Below, in pieces: positions 1-11,993 of a stretch of 44,076 nucleotides of DNA. A model generated the notes under the pieces. It was not told the origin of the DNA. It saw nothing but the letters and a program-made list of their open reading frames with translations, and ran no database searches. Origin of the DNA: Macrostomum lignano. Lineage: Eukaryota. Position 1 is the first letter of the stretch. Every line of letters starts with the position of its first letter. Where the stretch lies: the NCBI GenBank assembly GCA_002269645.1, contig NIVC01002810.1:1-44076 (forward strand), in the 5' to 3' direction. Both the position numbers and the translations under genes were made by a program.

Positions 1-189
1 AGTCTGCAATGATCCTTCAACAATCTGCAGTTCCCGCAGTTAGTCTGCAGTCAATTCATTTGCAGTCAGCAAGTGTTTCCTTAATAATTCTCATTTTTCC
101 CCTCAGCAGTATGCAGTTCTCTCAGCTGGCCCCTCAGTATTCTCAGCAAACTGGCAATGATCTTTTCAATGATTTAAAAATTGCTTAGC

Positions 190-955
190 ATTTACGATGG
201 CGCAGCTAATCAATTTTCGATACATATTGGCAGTCTTGCGCAACTCAGCATTTAGCAATACCTCAGCAGTTTAGCAGCATTGTCTGCAGTTAAGTAATTT
301 AATTAATACTTCCATAGACCTAGATAATAACAATTAATGGGATCTTAGGATTTTACAAATCAAATCAAATTTGCTTAAAGGCTTGTGCGAGTAGCAAAAA
401 TAAATTATTGTAATTAATAAAAAAATTTTAATTGCTCAGGCAATAGATAATTAATCAAGCAATTCTCAAAATAGTCAAGGCACAAGCTACTAATGAATGA
501 ATTTATTTAATTTTAATTATCCGCTGGGGAGGCGGACTCGAACCTTGGACCTTACGCCTAGCCTAAACCTAGGCTCACTAATCAATTTACGATACATATC
601 GGCAGTCTTTTGCGCAGCTCAGCATTTAGTAGTAACTTCAGCAGTTTAGCTATTTAGCAGCATTGTCTGCAATTCAGGAGCAGTAATACACTCGTACACG
701 AAGCAGTTTTTTACAAATCAAATTTTAAAATGCACTGGCTGAAATCAAATCAAATTCAAATTGACAAAATCAAGTTTGTTTAGCAACTTGTGTTGAATAG
801 CAAAAATCATTCATTGAGTGTGGCTTACTAATTAATAAAAAATGATTCAATTAGTTGAGGGGCGAGCTATAAATGAATTAACTTGTTTAATTTTAATTAT
901 CCGCCGACAAGGCGGACTCGAACCTTGGACCTTACGCCTAGCCTAAACCTAGTCC
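190..955. repeat. Diverged ~380-bp tandem duplication containing a tRNA-like B-box (minus strand)
   Basis: The block ttaattatccgc...aggcggactcgaaccttggaccttacgcctagcctaaacctag occurs at ~510-572 and ~890-955. Flanking blocks (tttacgat..acatat.ggcagtc, aaatcaaatcaaatt) are also duplicated ~380 bp apart. The minus strand reads GGTTCGAGTCC. Confidence 0.6.
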
Positions 956-1285
956 TAGTGCCTACACTGCGGCTACTCCGCCTACTGATCGGAGGGCGCA
1001 AAAATCAGCAATATATGCTTCGGCACTGCAGTCAAATACATAGCAGTGATAGGCTGCTCAGTGTGCACATGTTGTATGCAGGCAGAGCCAATGCACAGTT
1101 GAGTGAAATCTATAAATAGCAATTGTCTATGCAGTCCGCCAGTCAGCCAGGGTCAGAATGTACACACGCAGCCACTGAGCATTATTTTCCTCTCCCTTAT
1201 TGCAGCCAGTATTGAGGCGTACACAGTGAACAGAGAAAAGTTGTGGCGCAATCTTAATTGGAATTGAAATTCATTTAGTGAGATT

Positions 1286-1972
1286 TTGACCTTTTCTAGC
1301 CGCCCATTGAAAGCATTGGGAAAACTCGTTTTTCGAATATTTAACCAACTTCCCATTCGAATTTTTCAATACAATTACACCCACACAATCTCACAAGAAT
1401 TTTGAGTTGAATAAAGCAAGTTTGAAAAAAATCGGTTCAGGCATTCAGGCTGTGGACTGGAATACCGGTCAAACAGACAGACAGACAGATCTTAGAGATT
1501 TAGTATATTGTGATTGACCTTTTCTAGCCGCCCATTGAAAGCATTGGGAAAACTCGTTTTTCGAATATTTAACCAACTTCCCATTCGAATTTTTCAATAC
1601 AATTACACCCACACAATCTCACAAGAATTTTGAGTTGAATAAAGCAAGTTTGAAAAAAATCGGTTCAGGCATTCAGGCTGTGGACTGGAATACCGGTCAA
1701 ACAGACAGACAGACAGATCTTAGAGATTTAGTATATTGTGATTGACCTTTTCTAGCCGCCCATTGAAAGCATTGGGAAAACTCGTTTTTCGAATATTTAA
1801 CCAACTTCCCATTCGAATTTTTCAATACAATTACACCCACACAATCTCACAAGAATTTTGAGTTGAATAAAGCAAGTTTGAAAAAAATCGGTTCAGGCAT
1901 TCAGGCTGTGGACTGGAATACCGGTCAAACAGACAGACAGACAGATCTTAGAGATTTAGTATATTGTGATTG
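1286..1972 (-). repeat. Three essentially identical 228-bp tandem units; minus strand resembles the 5' end of a non-autonomous Helitron-like element
   Basis: ttgaccttttctagccgcc starts at 1286, 1514 and 1742. The minus strand reads a|tcacaatatactaaatctctaagatctgtctgtctgtctg...gaaccgattttt (TC start, TCTG microsatellite). Confidence 0.85.
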
Positions 1973-2139
1973 CTCCAATGATCTATCTGAAGTGCGAAGT
2001 AATTCAGTGAGAAGGTTAAATCTGGCATTATTTTAACCAGTTCTATTTCTTTGTTCGCCGATGGCTCAGATGATTAGCTAAGCTAGTAGGCGCCGGTCAC
2101 AGTGGACCAATGGCAAGGCAGTTCTAAGTCGATCAATCT

Positions 2140-2196
2140 ATCAAATCAGTTAGCGAATATCAAATCAGTTAGCGAAAATCAAATCAGTTAGCGAAA
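2140..2196. repeat. 19-bp tandem repeat x3
   Basis: atcaaatcagttagcgaa(t/a) at 2140, 2159 and 2178. Confidence 0.9.
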
Positions 2197-2742
2197 TTGC
2201 CAATAGTGCAAAATCGGCGCTAGAGATGTAGAAATTTAGATGTAGAGGTGAATCATGCGGTCTCCGAAGTTCGAGTTAGTCTATCATCAGCGCTACGAGA
2301 GGCTGCATGGTTGGCGCGTTGAAGGCCAAAAGCACAAACCCTCGTATTTAGCAATGTAGTACATGCGGCTATACCCTTAGCCTCGCCACTGCAAGAATCC
2401 CCTGCACAAGTCGATCCCCTCTGTCCCTGCATGGCCAGCAGTACATGTCCCTTATCATCGGCTATGACTTCGAGATTGACAGCAAAAAGACACTAGTTGG
2501 CAGGTAAGTGCTAAGCCCCTTCTACACATGTAGTCGGAAGCCCGATTTCGAAAGTTCCGGTTTGGTGAGCCAGAGCGCACCTGGTGGCAGCGGGTTAGTT
2601 AATCTGCGGATTAGCTGATCTCTACCTCCAAAATCCTCCCTGCTTGTCTCTCGCGCTGTACCTCTCTTAGCTACAGGACCTAGACTGCTCGCCACAGTTC
2701 AAGCTACCACGGGGCTGACCATCTGACGGAGTGGGGGGCCAG

Positions 2743-3270
2743 GAGGTCTTTCTCGAAAGCAACTTACGATCGACCATAGACGTAAGTTGGGTAAGCTACA
2801 CTTACTGGTTGCTAGCTCGAAGGGCTCGCAAGTTAGCTATGCGTAAGATTGATCGCAACTTTACGAGTTCGTAACTTTGCGCAAAAGACTGTTTCTCGAA
2901 ACGTTCGTATGTCTATGGTCTTTCGTAAGGTTGATCTTAACCCTACGACTGCTTGGTATCAGTCGTAAGACGCACTTAAGCACTAATCGCATAGTACGTG
3001 AAGCTTTAGTCAAGCCAAGTCAAGTTAAACTTTATCGAAGGTGGGTCTTTCTCGAAAGCAACTTACGATAGACTAAGTAAAGATATTTACAGATTTATGA
3101 CCATAGACATGCAACTTTTCGTTTCAGATCCGACTTACGAACAGCGTAAGCCACGCAAAGTCTAAGTGAGTTTTGAGAAAGCGTCTTACGAGCAAACTTA
3201 CGCTACACGTAAATTTCTTTCTTACGATCTAACTTACCATAGAACTTACGTGAGTTTCGAGAAACACCCC
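2743..3270. mobile_element. MITE, PIF/Harbinger-like, 528 bp
   Basis: 16-bp TIRs gaggtctttctcgaaa / tttcgagaaacacccc (14/16 match). 3-bp TSD CAG at 2740-2742 and 3271-3273, matching the CWG target type. Many internal cttacg/cgtaag motifs. Confidence 0.75.
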
Positions 3271-6200
3271 CAGGACTCTAATCGATTTATTTCTGAGACC
3301 TGAGGCCCAAAGGCTTTCTCTCCAAAGAAGCCGAAAAGGCCGAAACCCTTCAAATAGATATATTCGAGCTAGCACATCTACTTCCACAGGGACACAGGGT
3401 TCATCTTACGACGAGCAGCATGTAACAAAGTTTTTGTGGTCGTTCAATTTGTTTGTTTGGTTCGAAGCAAAATTATGGACGCACAGTTCATATTTATTTA
3501 TTGCTTATTCACTTAAATTTCTATGTCAGTCCAGTTCCTCATAACTTGAGGCGTTATTCTAAAGTTAATCTAATTGGGTCGTTCGCAAATTCTAGGAGGA
3601 GCAAAAATTTTAACAATTTTCCGAACATTTACTATTGTTACTGCCATATTGAAAATAATAGGACACTTTTATCTGTGAATAAAGATAATTTTTGGGTTAA
3701 ACTTTATCATGCAAAAGTGTTTTTTAATCATCTGGCGGTATTAAGCGATAATTAGCGATGAAAAAATTCAAATTCAATCATTTCACCGATGTTAATTTTT
3801 GGTACTACAAGATGTCTGTAGCTAAAAAAAAGTTGTTGTTGTGTTGAAACCTTGCTATATTACATTTAAAATTAAAGCTTATATAAATTTAATTTAAGAT
3901 TTTTTTAAAGCTCAATAAACTGCACTATAAATGATTTTATAGACGCTTAACTGTACGCCTAGCATTTCCGGTGGGATAGCCTCTTTGCGTCTCACAAAAT
4001 GTATTTTTTCAGCTGACGTCTAGAATGTGCGCTTAAAATGATACATTTTGATGCAGATAATTAGAAAAACATGTCTTTTTATCTTTTTGTAAAAAATTGT
4101 TATGAAATAGAGCACTATTGTTGATAAAAATAATTAAAAGCAACCATGCATCGCAATAAACTCCTACTTTGAAGCACAAAATAAATATCCTGTAACCACA
4201 CTAGCATTCTCCATGGAGCACCTTTTGAGCTGAAATTTTACACAGATATCCAGTAAAGTAAACTGAGCAAATGATTTTTTTTGTTTTTGAAAATACTTCA
4301 ATTTGGCTATGTATCAGTTAGTACATTGGACATATTTATTATATTTTTATTAAAATCCTTGTAACCAAGCTACAGAGAAACATGTGCAAAACTGGACCTT
4401 GAAATTTGACCTGAATGATCAGCAAATGTGTATCTCGAAATGATTTTTTTTGTTTTCATCAAGTCATTCTATGCTAATTTTTTCTGAAGGGAAAGATACC
4501 ATATATTTAGAGTCAATAGGGGAAGCATTTAGACTTATTCAATAGTCATTAAAATTGCAACTATATTATTATAATATAGTAATAATATTATACATGTATT
4601 ATATAGTAATATTAACTTCTAAGATGCCCTTATAAATTTAAGTAAAGACAACAGGCCTTAATTAATTAATCAGCATTTTGAAGAAACTGACCTTATACAG
4701 ATGGGCCCCAAGCTAAGAAATGAATGTAGAGCTTATTTCGTGTAAGGTATAAAAATCAATTTATTAAAATATTAAATACTTCTAATAAATTGGTTAAATT
4801 AGTTATTTACCTTGAATTAATTTAATTTTAATAATTAAATATATAAATTTGTTTCACTTCTTACTGCATTTAAATAGAGTACCTCTCTACTATACTATAG
4901 AAGTATAGTAAAAGTACATGGTAAAAAAGTATAGTAAAAATTTTCTTTGGTTTAATCCCAGCTTGCCTCAGTTTTTTAGTCTTAATACGAGCTAGATAGT
5001 AAGTGTTGATTAATTTGCTCCATCACCTTTTGCCACGGAAACAGCACATGTCGGACATGCAACACTCTTCCTGATCCCTGGATTCAAGATGACTGCTTCT
5101 GCTTCTTCAATGCTTGAAAACTGAGCTCATGGAGCTTTAGGTTATGCTGTCAGAGTGCTGCTGCCGGTGCTGTGTGTGTATGTGTGTGTCTTCTGCGGGT
5201 AGGTTCCATGTCCCTCAGTTTAGCCACTGTTGTGGGCTAACTGGAGGAATTGCCGTTGTCGGTGCTGCAGGTGGCACTGCATGGTAGTATTGACGCTGTC
5301 AGTGACGCTGGCAAAGGCTTGGACGAAGCTAGGTGCCGTCATTGTCAGAAGGACATGCGTGTGCTGCTTAGACCAGTGCGCACATTCGACTGGACTCGTA
5401 TCTGGTGCAGTCTGGTGTATTCACTGAGATTGTGTGGATCTGCCTCCTCGCATCACCTCAACCAGGCTCAATTTCTTTTGTAGAATTTTCGTGCGCTGCT
5501 TAACTGCATCTTGTGCCTGCTGAGTGATGCCAAGAATTGTGCCACACAATAATTTGGCCCATAAACTACTCGTATATTATACATATGTATGCACAGCACA
5601 CACACACGCAGTTCATTCATATTAAATGTACTAGTTAATGGAATTCTCATCTCATGAGCTCTAGTCTATGGACAAACCTGAAATTACTAGAATATCTAGA
5701 TAGATCTAAACTTCTTTGAGCAGCGCGTTGCGCTGCGAGCAAAATACATGTAGATTCCTTAGCGCAACTAATTAATAGTGTAGTACAGTCTACAGCCTGA
5801 AGTAGCCTGTGTAAGATGCGGAGGGATGATTTTTGCATAGGAAGCCACTACGGTAAGGTTGATGGAACTATGGGGAGGTGAGAGATTCAAAGCGAGGGAC
5901 GGAAGCCATGCATAGTTCGATCATAAGTTTGATTATTGCATGAGTCTGGGGATGCATTAACGAGAGGCGGACGAGAGCATAGAAATAAAGCGGGCTAAAT
6001 ATATTAATACACAAAATTACATGTACTAGCTAGTAATTTCAGAATGGTCAGCGACTCCTCCGATTTGTATCCGCGACCGCGTGCCCACAAATCCCCCGGC
6101 AGACCCTGTCGCAGTTGGTGGTTGTGCACAGAATACAATGTTAATTTTCGAGCTTCTCTGCAAAAAATGCGTGATGCACTCAAGATGCGTGCTATAGTCT

Positions 6201-8240
6201 ACTTCTTTGATTGATGGCTGGGTTTTGCCTTTTCGCTTGTGATCATCAAAAGCTTGGGCGTCATTGCTACTGGTGTTTCAGTGTGCGCATTATGTCTGGT
6301 TATCATATTATGTGCATGTGCAGTGTCTTTTACCTACATTTTTGTTTGTCTCTGTTTCCTGCATGCTCTTTCGCATTTTTACACCTCGCACACCCTCATT
6401 TTTCTCAATTAACAAGTGAAATCTTTTTTTAAAGACTAACTGCTATTTTAGTTAAGCTAGTAGGTTTTTGGTAATTAAATAATTCAATTTTGTCTATTTT
6501 CCAAAAAGTTTCAAAAAATGAATTGATTAAAATAAATTTGAATTATTTTAAGTTAATTGGAGTAAAATGTCTAATAAGTAACTATAATTTTTTATTTTAA
6601 GTACATGCAGCTTTGGTATAAGTATTAATGTAATAAGTACTTAAAGTAAAATCAAGCAAGTTATAGTTTTCAGAAATTATGCTACAAATAATCAAATATA
6701 TACTAGAATCCGAATTCCTTTATTAAGGAACATGCAGTTTGATATTAAATCCACAATGTGCTTTTTGGTGTTCAAGGATAGTTCCCTGACTTTTTCTATT
6801 ATTAGTTAGATTTTATTATATTTAATGTAAAAATGAACAATTCTATTCACCGTAAAAATGAACATTCTTTATTTGTCGAATCATCTTGACTTTGAAAAGA
6901 TACATAGTGAAAACTTGATTTTTAATTCAACTTTTCAAGACTTATTTAGACTTCTTAATTCAGTGATTAGTTAAACTGATCGAAGTCCTTTCGAGTGCAT
7001 GCTATAATAATTTCGCACTTTTTCGCACACGATAATTTTAAATGTCTGGGATTTAGAGCAGAGTAACAAAATGCTGTGCTCAAAAACATTTCCTTTGTCA
7101 ATTTCTTGTTCTTTTATTTTTGCAAAAGAAATTTAACTGCATATTTAAAATAAAAATAGAAGAAAATTTTATTTTCTCTTTAATATTTTTGTCGTTTATT
7201 TTCCGCAACAAAGAATAACAAATAGCCTTGATTTCTTCTCAATTTCAAGTTTTCTTGTGGTTTTAGTAGCAGCTTCTTACAGAAATTGTCGAAATAATTT
7301 TTTTTGTACGATTATTGGTCGATGTATAAACTTTTTTGCAATAACAAAAAGTTGTGACCTAGCTTTGAGAACGACCCAATTGTTCTTCCCTTGCATCAAT
7401 TTAAAATTTAAAAATACCGCGTCGCTATTTAGTTACCGTGGTTATAGAATATCTCTAGGTGTGAAAAAATCGGACGACGTCGGGGATTCAGGATTCATTC
7501 AATATCCTATCATAATGTATATAAAAATATCATCTGCTTATAGTTGTTTAAAAGAAGTATTTAGTTCTACCTCTTTTATTATTACTATTAAATACTAGTT
7601 ACATAAATAGTTCATACTGTACTGATATTCAATTCATAATTTAGTCACCTGACTGGCTGCATAGCCTGCATCGGCGTTCAACTGGCTCAAATGGAGCCTT
7701 TACAAAATAAAACCTAATTTATGTAGTAAAATGTAATGCTTTACTTTAGGCAATTGCAATTAGCTTTAGGTAGCTATTGTTTTGCATGTTTATGCAGTGT
7801 CAATTCTGATTTTGCCATTTAAATTATAATTTGAATAATAGTTTGTGGTAGTAGTTTAGTAGCCTATGCTTGTAGATATTTTGCTAAAATGCCCAACTTA
7901 CTTTTTCAACAAATATTTTATTTAGACCTTTGGATATTTGAATCTTTGAATCTTTACATCTTTGAACTTTTAGATTACTGTTTTTTATACAATATAATGT
8001 AGCAGTATTATAGTTATATTGAAGTATAATAGATGTTTATATACTAGATATACTAGTAATAAATATCTAGTATAGGCCAAATTAGTACAAGAGTTTTTGT
8101 TTTTATATTATAAAGTAGAATTAAGTAGTGAATCAAGTTTATGGCAATGTTGCAGTTTGTTTTGTGTAATTATTTTTACTTTTTAATACGCGCAAACATG
8201 TCATGGAGGGTTTAAATTTGTGCTGACTTGTCATGCTTGG

Positions 8241-8396
8241 GCGCAACCTAGGGATTCACCCGGCCATTTCTATTGGCAACACACACATGTAAGTTGCTAT
8301 TGGACAGAATAGTAGTCACGTGACTGCTCTCAGCCAATAGCGACTTACATGTGTGTGTTGCCAATAGAAACGGCCGGGTGAATCCCTAGGTTGCGC
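8241..8396. mobile_element. 156-bp near-perfect palindrome (MITE-like hairpin)
   Basis: ~63-bp arms gcgcaacctagggattcacccggcc...ctattgg / ccaatag...ggccgggtgaatccctaggttgcgc with 2 mismatches. The central spacer contains agtcacgtgact. Confidence 0.8.
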
Positions 8397-8830
8397 ATGT
8401 ATGTGACTTGTCATGCCACATCATCCTAAAAGGCCATAGGAGGTCAGGCATTGTCAGGCTCTTAAAATTAGTAATGATATATTTGTTCATTTATATTTAA
8501 CAATTATTAATTAAGACTAAAATGAGTCAATAAAAGTCAGAAATGTATATAAATTAACAGTAGATTGTACAGTCCAACAGAGCACTCACAGAGTTGCAAT
8601 GAGGGGAGAGAGAGAGAGAGAAAAAAGAGAGAGAGAAAGAGAAAAGAAAGAGAGCCAAGTAGATAAAAACTTTTCCACCATCCATATGTGCTCAAATGAG
8701 TACAGACTAAAAGTGCTTGAGGTCCTGTATATAAAATTGCGTAAACCAATCCTAAATAAGCAACTTGCCAATCATGGTGCCAGTGCCCTCCTTAGAATAT
8801 TCTAGGTGTACACTTGTGCTTATCTCATTT

Positions 8831-8889
<59 letters not shown>

Positions 8890-8890
<1 letters not shown>

Positions 8891-9950
8891 CAACCAATCT
8901 GGGTTTGCTTCCCAAAGGGTTCCATCCCTGTGGGTCATCACGTTGCAAATGCTGCACCTACTCATCACCTACTCTCTCCGCCCAGGGGCTAAAACTGGCT
9001 TCCAGTTTTTTAATCTCTCAGAGCCTATCCTGTGGTATGGCTCCAAAAACTTCATCTATGGCATCTCCTGCAACCAATGCCACCCTGGGAAGATATTCTA
9101 TGTAGGGATGACAAGAAGAACAATGAGAGATAGAATGAACCAACACGGCAAATATTAATAGGAGGGTTGTGACTTTGGGGTCAGAGCACTTTCTCACCCC
9201 CAATCACTCGATTGCAAACTTTGTCTCTATTGCTATCAAACAAGTTCTTAATAACAACAAAATCAAACTTAGGGAAGAAATCTGGATTAAAAAACTGGGG
9301 ACTGACAAACTGCCAGGTACGAATATCAGGGTTGACAATCATCTTCTTCGACCTATCTTATTGGTCCTTCCTTTTCACCCATCTATAGTCTGGCTTGCCA
9401 ACAAGATAGCTAAAAACTTTGATAAGCTACAAAATAAACCAGGCTCCTGCATACTGCCTGCATTTACATGGCAACATAACTTACAGAGCCTCCTGGCTCC
9501 CAATAAGTTCAAGTCTCAGCCAGGAAACCATTGAATAATTTAACCAATATGCTATTTTACCTATAGAACTACAATATTTATTCACTTTGTCATGTATTTT
9601 ATTCAAACTGCTTGATTATATGCACAAATATCAATTTTTATGCTCCCACCCTCAATACTGCATTTTATTTAATCGTACTTCAAAAAAGCAATTTTTTAAT
9701 ATACTAAATATACCATCGCTTAAACTGACTGGTTGAAAGCCTCTGGGACAAGTTAGAGCTAGAATGAACCCAGTTTAAATGTACACCCCTCATATGTACA
9801 GCAGCTCAGCAATTTTATTAGACTGAGAAAACTAATACTTAACAGACCAACTTGCACTGCATGAAACACTGATTTTTGGCCTGACAAAGAGCCCAGAGGC
9901 TCGAAACCGGTAGCCCATATTAAATTAATTAGTCTTTTGATTTTTTAAAC
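8890..9950 (+). pseudogene. Penelope-like element A: degraded Zn-knuckle plus GIY-YIG endonuclease and 3' UTR
   Basis: Across frames: PKGFHPCGSSRCKCC, NFIYGISCNQC...FYVGMTRRTMRDRMNQH, EHFLTPNH, LREEIWIKKLGTDKLPGTN. Contains frameshifts and stops. Confidence 0.85.
9878..9915 (+). ncRNA. Minimal type-I hammerhead ribozyme-like motif (variant core)
   Basis: ggc-CTGACAA-a-GAGCC-caga-GGCTC-GAAA-ccgg-TA-gcc. Stem III region ACCGGT is palindromic. Located in the 3' UTR of a Penelope element. Confidence 0.6.
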
Positions 9951-10127
9951 ATGCCGTGACCTCTCTTCTCTCTCTTTTTCTACCTCTCTCCCCTTATTGC
10001 AACTCTGTGAGCATTCTGTTGGACTGTACAATCTACTGTTAATTTATATACATTTCTGACTTTTATCAACCCATTTTAGTCTTAATTGTTAAATATAAAT
10101 GAACAAAAAAATTGTTACTAATTTTAA

Positions 10128-10165
10128 GAGCCTGACAATGCCTGATGCAAGGCGAAACATGTTGC
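10128..10165 (+). ncRNA. Minimal hammerhead ribozyme-like motif (variant core)
   Basis: gagc-CTGACAA-t-GCCT-gatgca-AGGC-GAAA-catg-TT-gc. Palindromic ACATGT. Stem I is weak. Confidence 0.5.
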
Positions 10166-10307
10166 ATAAAAAAGATTTTGAGTTTATATCTAGGCCTATC
10201 TTATTAGGCCTATTCAAAATATGCTATATCAACATATATATGCCAATTAATTTTGCTTCATATTTTTAAGGGTTAGTCACATTTTACATTTTTGGATTGA
10301 TTGGGTC

Positions 10308-11248
10308 TAGGGATTCCAAAATCCCGACATTTTACAATCCCGGGATTGAATAGTCCCGAAATCCCGATGCTGTTGAAATCCCGGGATTCAAAATCCCGGA
10401 ATCCCGGTGCTTTTGCAATCCCGGGATTAAAAATCCCGGGATTCGATTCCCAAAAAAATCCCGGGATTCAAATCCCGGATTTTTGGCCCCAATCCCGGGA
10501 TCCCGGGATCCCGGGATTGGAATCCCTAAATTGCTAGACGGACTGTGCGGCGTGCCGCGTGCAGTAGTCATGGTCTCGCGACTCTCAGAGTCTCAGGGCC
10601 TTTTCATATTACCAATTCCAGAACCAGAATCGGTTCGGAATTCGAAGAAAAACAGCAGTATAACTATTAAACTCTGTTAATATTTGACTGCCTTAACAGC
10701 CTCACTTAGCACAATTTTTCACTTTCTTCTTGGCGACTGTCATTCAATAATAAAAACTTTATAGCACGTATCTCCCTCTAGTTATGGAGACAAAAAGTTT
10801 ATACTTCACAAATTGGTTCTTGTTCTGGAACCAGAGCAAGCAATATGAAAAGGCCCTCAGTCTCGTCTCGTGGTAGAAAACGAAAAAAAAGTTAAAATTA
10901 TCTATAATTTACAGTTCACATTAACAATTTTTAGCTCAATTAGGACAGGAGCTTTGCAAATGTTTAACGTTTCATTGAGAAACAGCAAAAACAAATAAAT
11001 GTTTTATTATTCAAATAAACGTTTAGACTTTAAATTATCTAATTTAGGCATTGAAAGGTCGTTCTAATCCCGGACCAATCCCGGGATTAAGGCCTTGAAA
11101 TCCCGGGATCCCGATCCCGGTCTTTTGCAATCCCGGGATTAAAAATCCCGGGATTCGATTCCCAAAAAAATCCCGGGATTCAAATCCCGGATTTTTGGCC
11201 CCAATCCCGGGATCCCGGGATCCCGGGATCCCGGGATTGGAATCCCTA
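10308..11248. mobile_element. Non-autonomous hAT-like element, 941 bp, with CCCGGGA(T) subterminal arrays
   Basis: TIRs tagggattccaa / ttggaatcccta. 8-bp TSD attgggtc at 10300-10307 and 11249-11256. Confidence 0.85.
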
Positions 11249-11993
11249 ATTGGGTCATCTCTACATATAAAAATCAAAACTCTGTCTGTCTGTCTCTCTG
11301 TCTGTGTACAATTTTGATCGCTATGGACTCCCGAACCGCTCAACCAAATGACACCAAACTTTACACCCACCCTAAACTTACTACGGAGAATGTCTTAGGC
11401 TACCTTTAAATTTCCTAGACTCAAGTCTTCCTACCTAAAAGTACAAAAAACTTCTCAAAATACGCGATTTTTTCACTAAATCCTCCATAGCGCCGCTCCA
11501 CTTTTACCGATTCTTTTCAAATTTGACACAGACAATCTTAAACTATTTTGGCACAATCGTGTAAAATTTCGAGTCTCAAAGTTAATCCTGAGCGGTGCTG
11601 TGCACTTTTAAAGTTAGGCTGCTTTTTTCAGCGTAGCAACCACCCCAACCTCCGCCCGCCTGCCTCTCTTTCCCGATTCCGATCTGGGCCCAGATGTGTA
11701 AAATGGGTTTCAAAATCGACTAACTTTCAGCTGCCATAAGTTTGCTCCACGTGAAGCGATTGACTTTAAACTTGACACAATTCTTCATTGACTCATTCTC
11801 TATCTAAATGTAAAGTTTCAACTCTGTAACTCAACCGAAAAAGAAACTGTAAGCATGTGAAGTTTTTCAGCTTTTTCTGTTGTTTGTGCCACTCACTCAC
11901 TCATTCCCCCAGAGCCAGACCAAGGGTCAGGCGATAGGGCTGAATGTACATGGCAATGTACAGTGTTTTGGAATAGCTTTGTTTATGGCCTTC

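Larger units (their letters stand above)
8446..10165 (+). mobile_element. 5'-truncated Penelope-like element B with inverted pseudo-LTR copy, interrupted by element A
   Basis: 8446-~8650 is the reverse complement of ~9960-10145. 8660-8805 encodes a GIY-YIG C-terminal-like end (RLKVLEVLYIKLRKPILNKQL...*) followed by a (TC)n run. A hammerhead-like motif lies at the 3' end. Confidence 0.7.

Noticed and set aside
3320-3350. Hammerhead-like ccaaagaagccgaaaaggccgaaac
   Set aside because: The core has two mismatches to CUGANGA, and I could not build stems I and III.
5000-5480. GC-richer patch with short ORFs
   Set aside because: There is no recognisable motif or consistent reading frame on either strand.
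3900-7500. AT-rich stretches with old DNA-transposon-like wording (~3940-4430, ~7350-7500)
   Set aside because: I could not define TIRs, TSDs or coding remnants.
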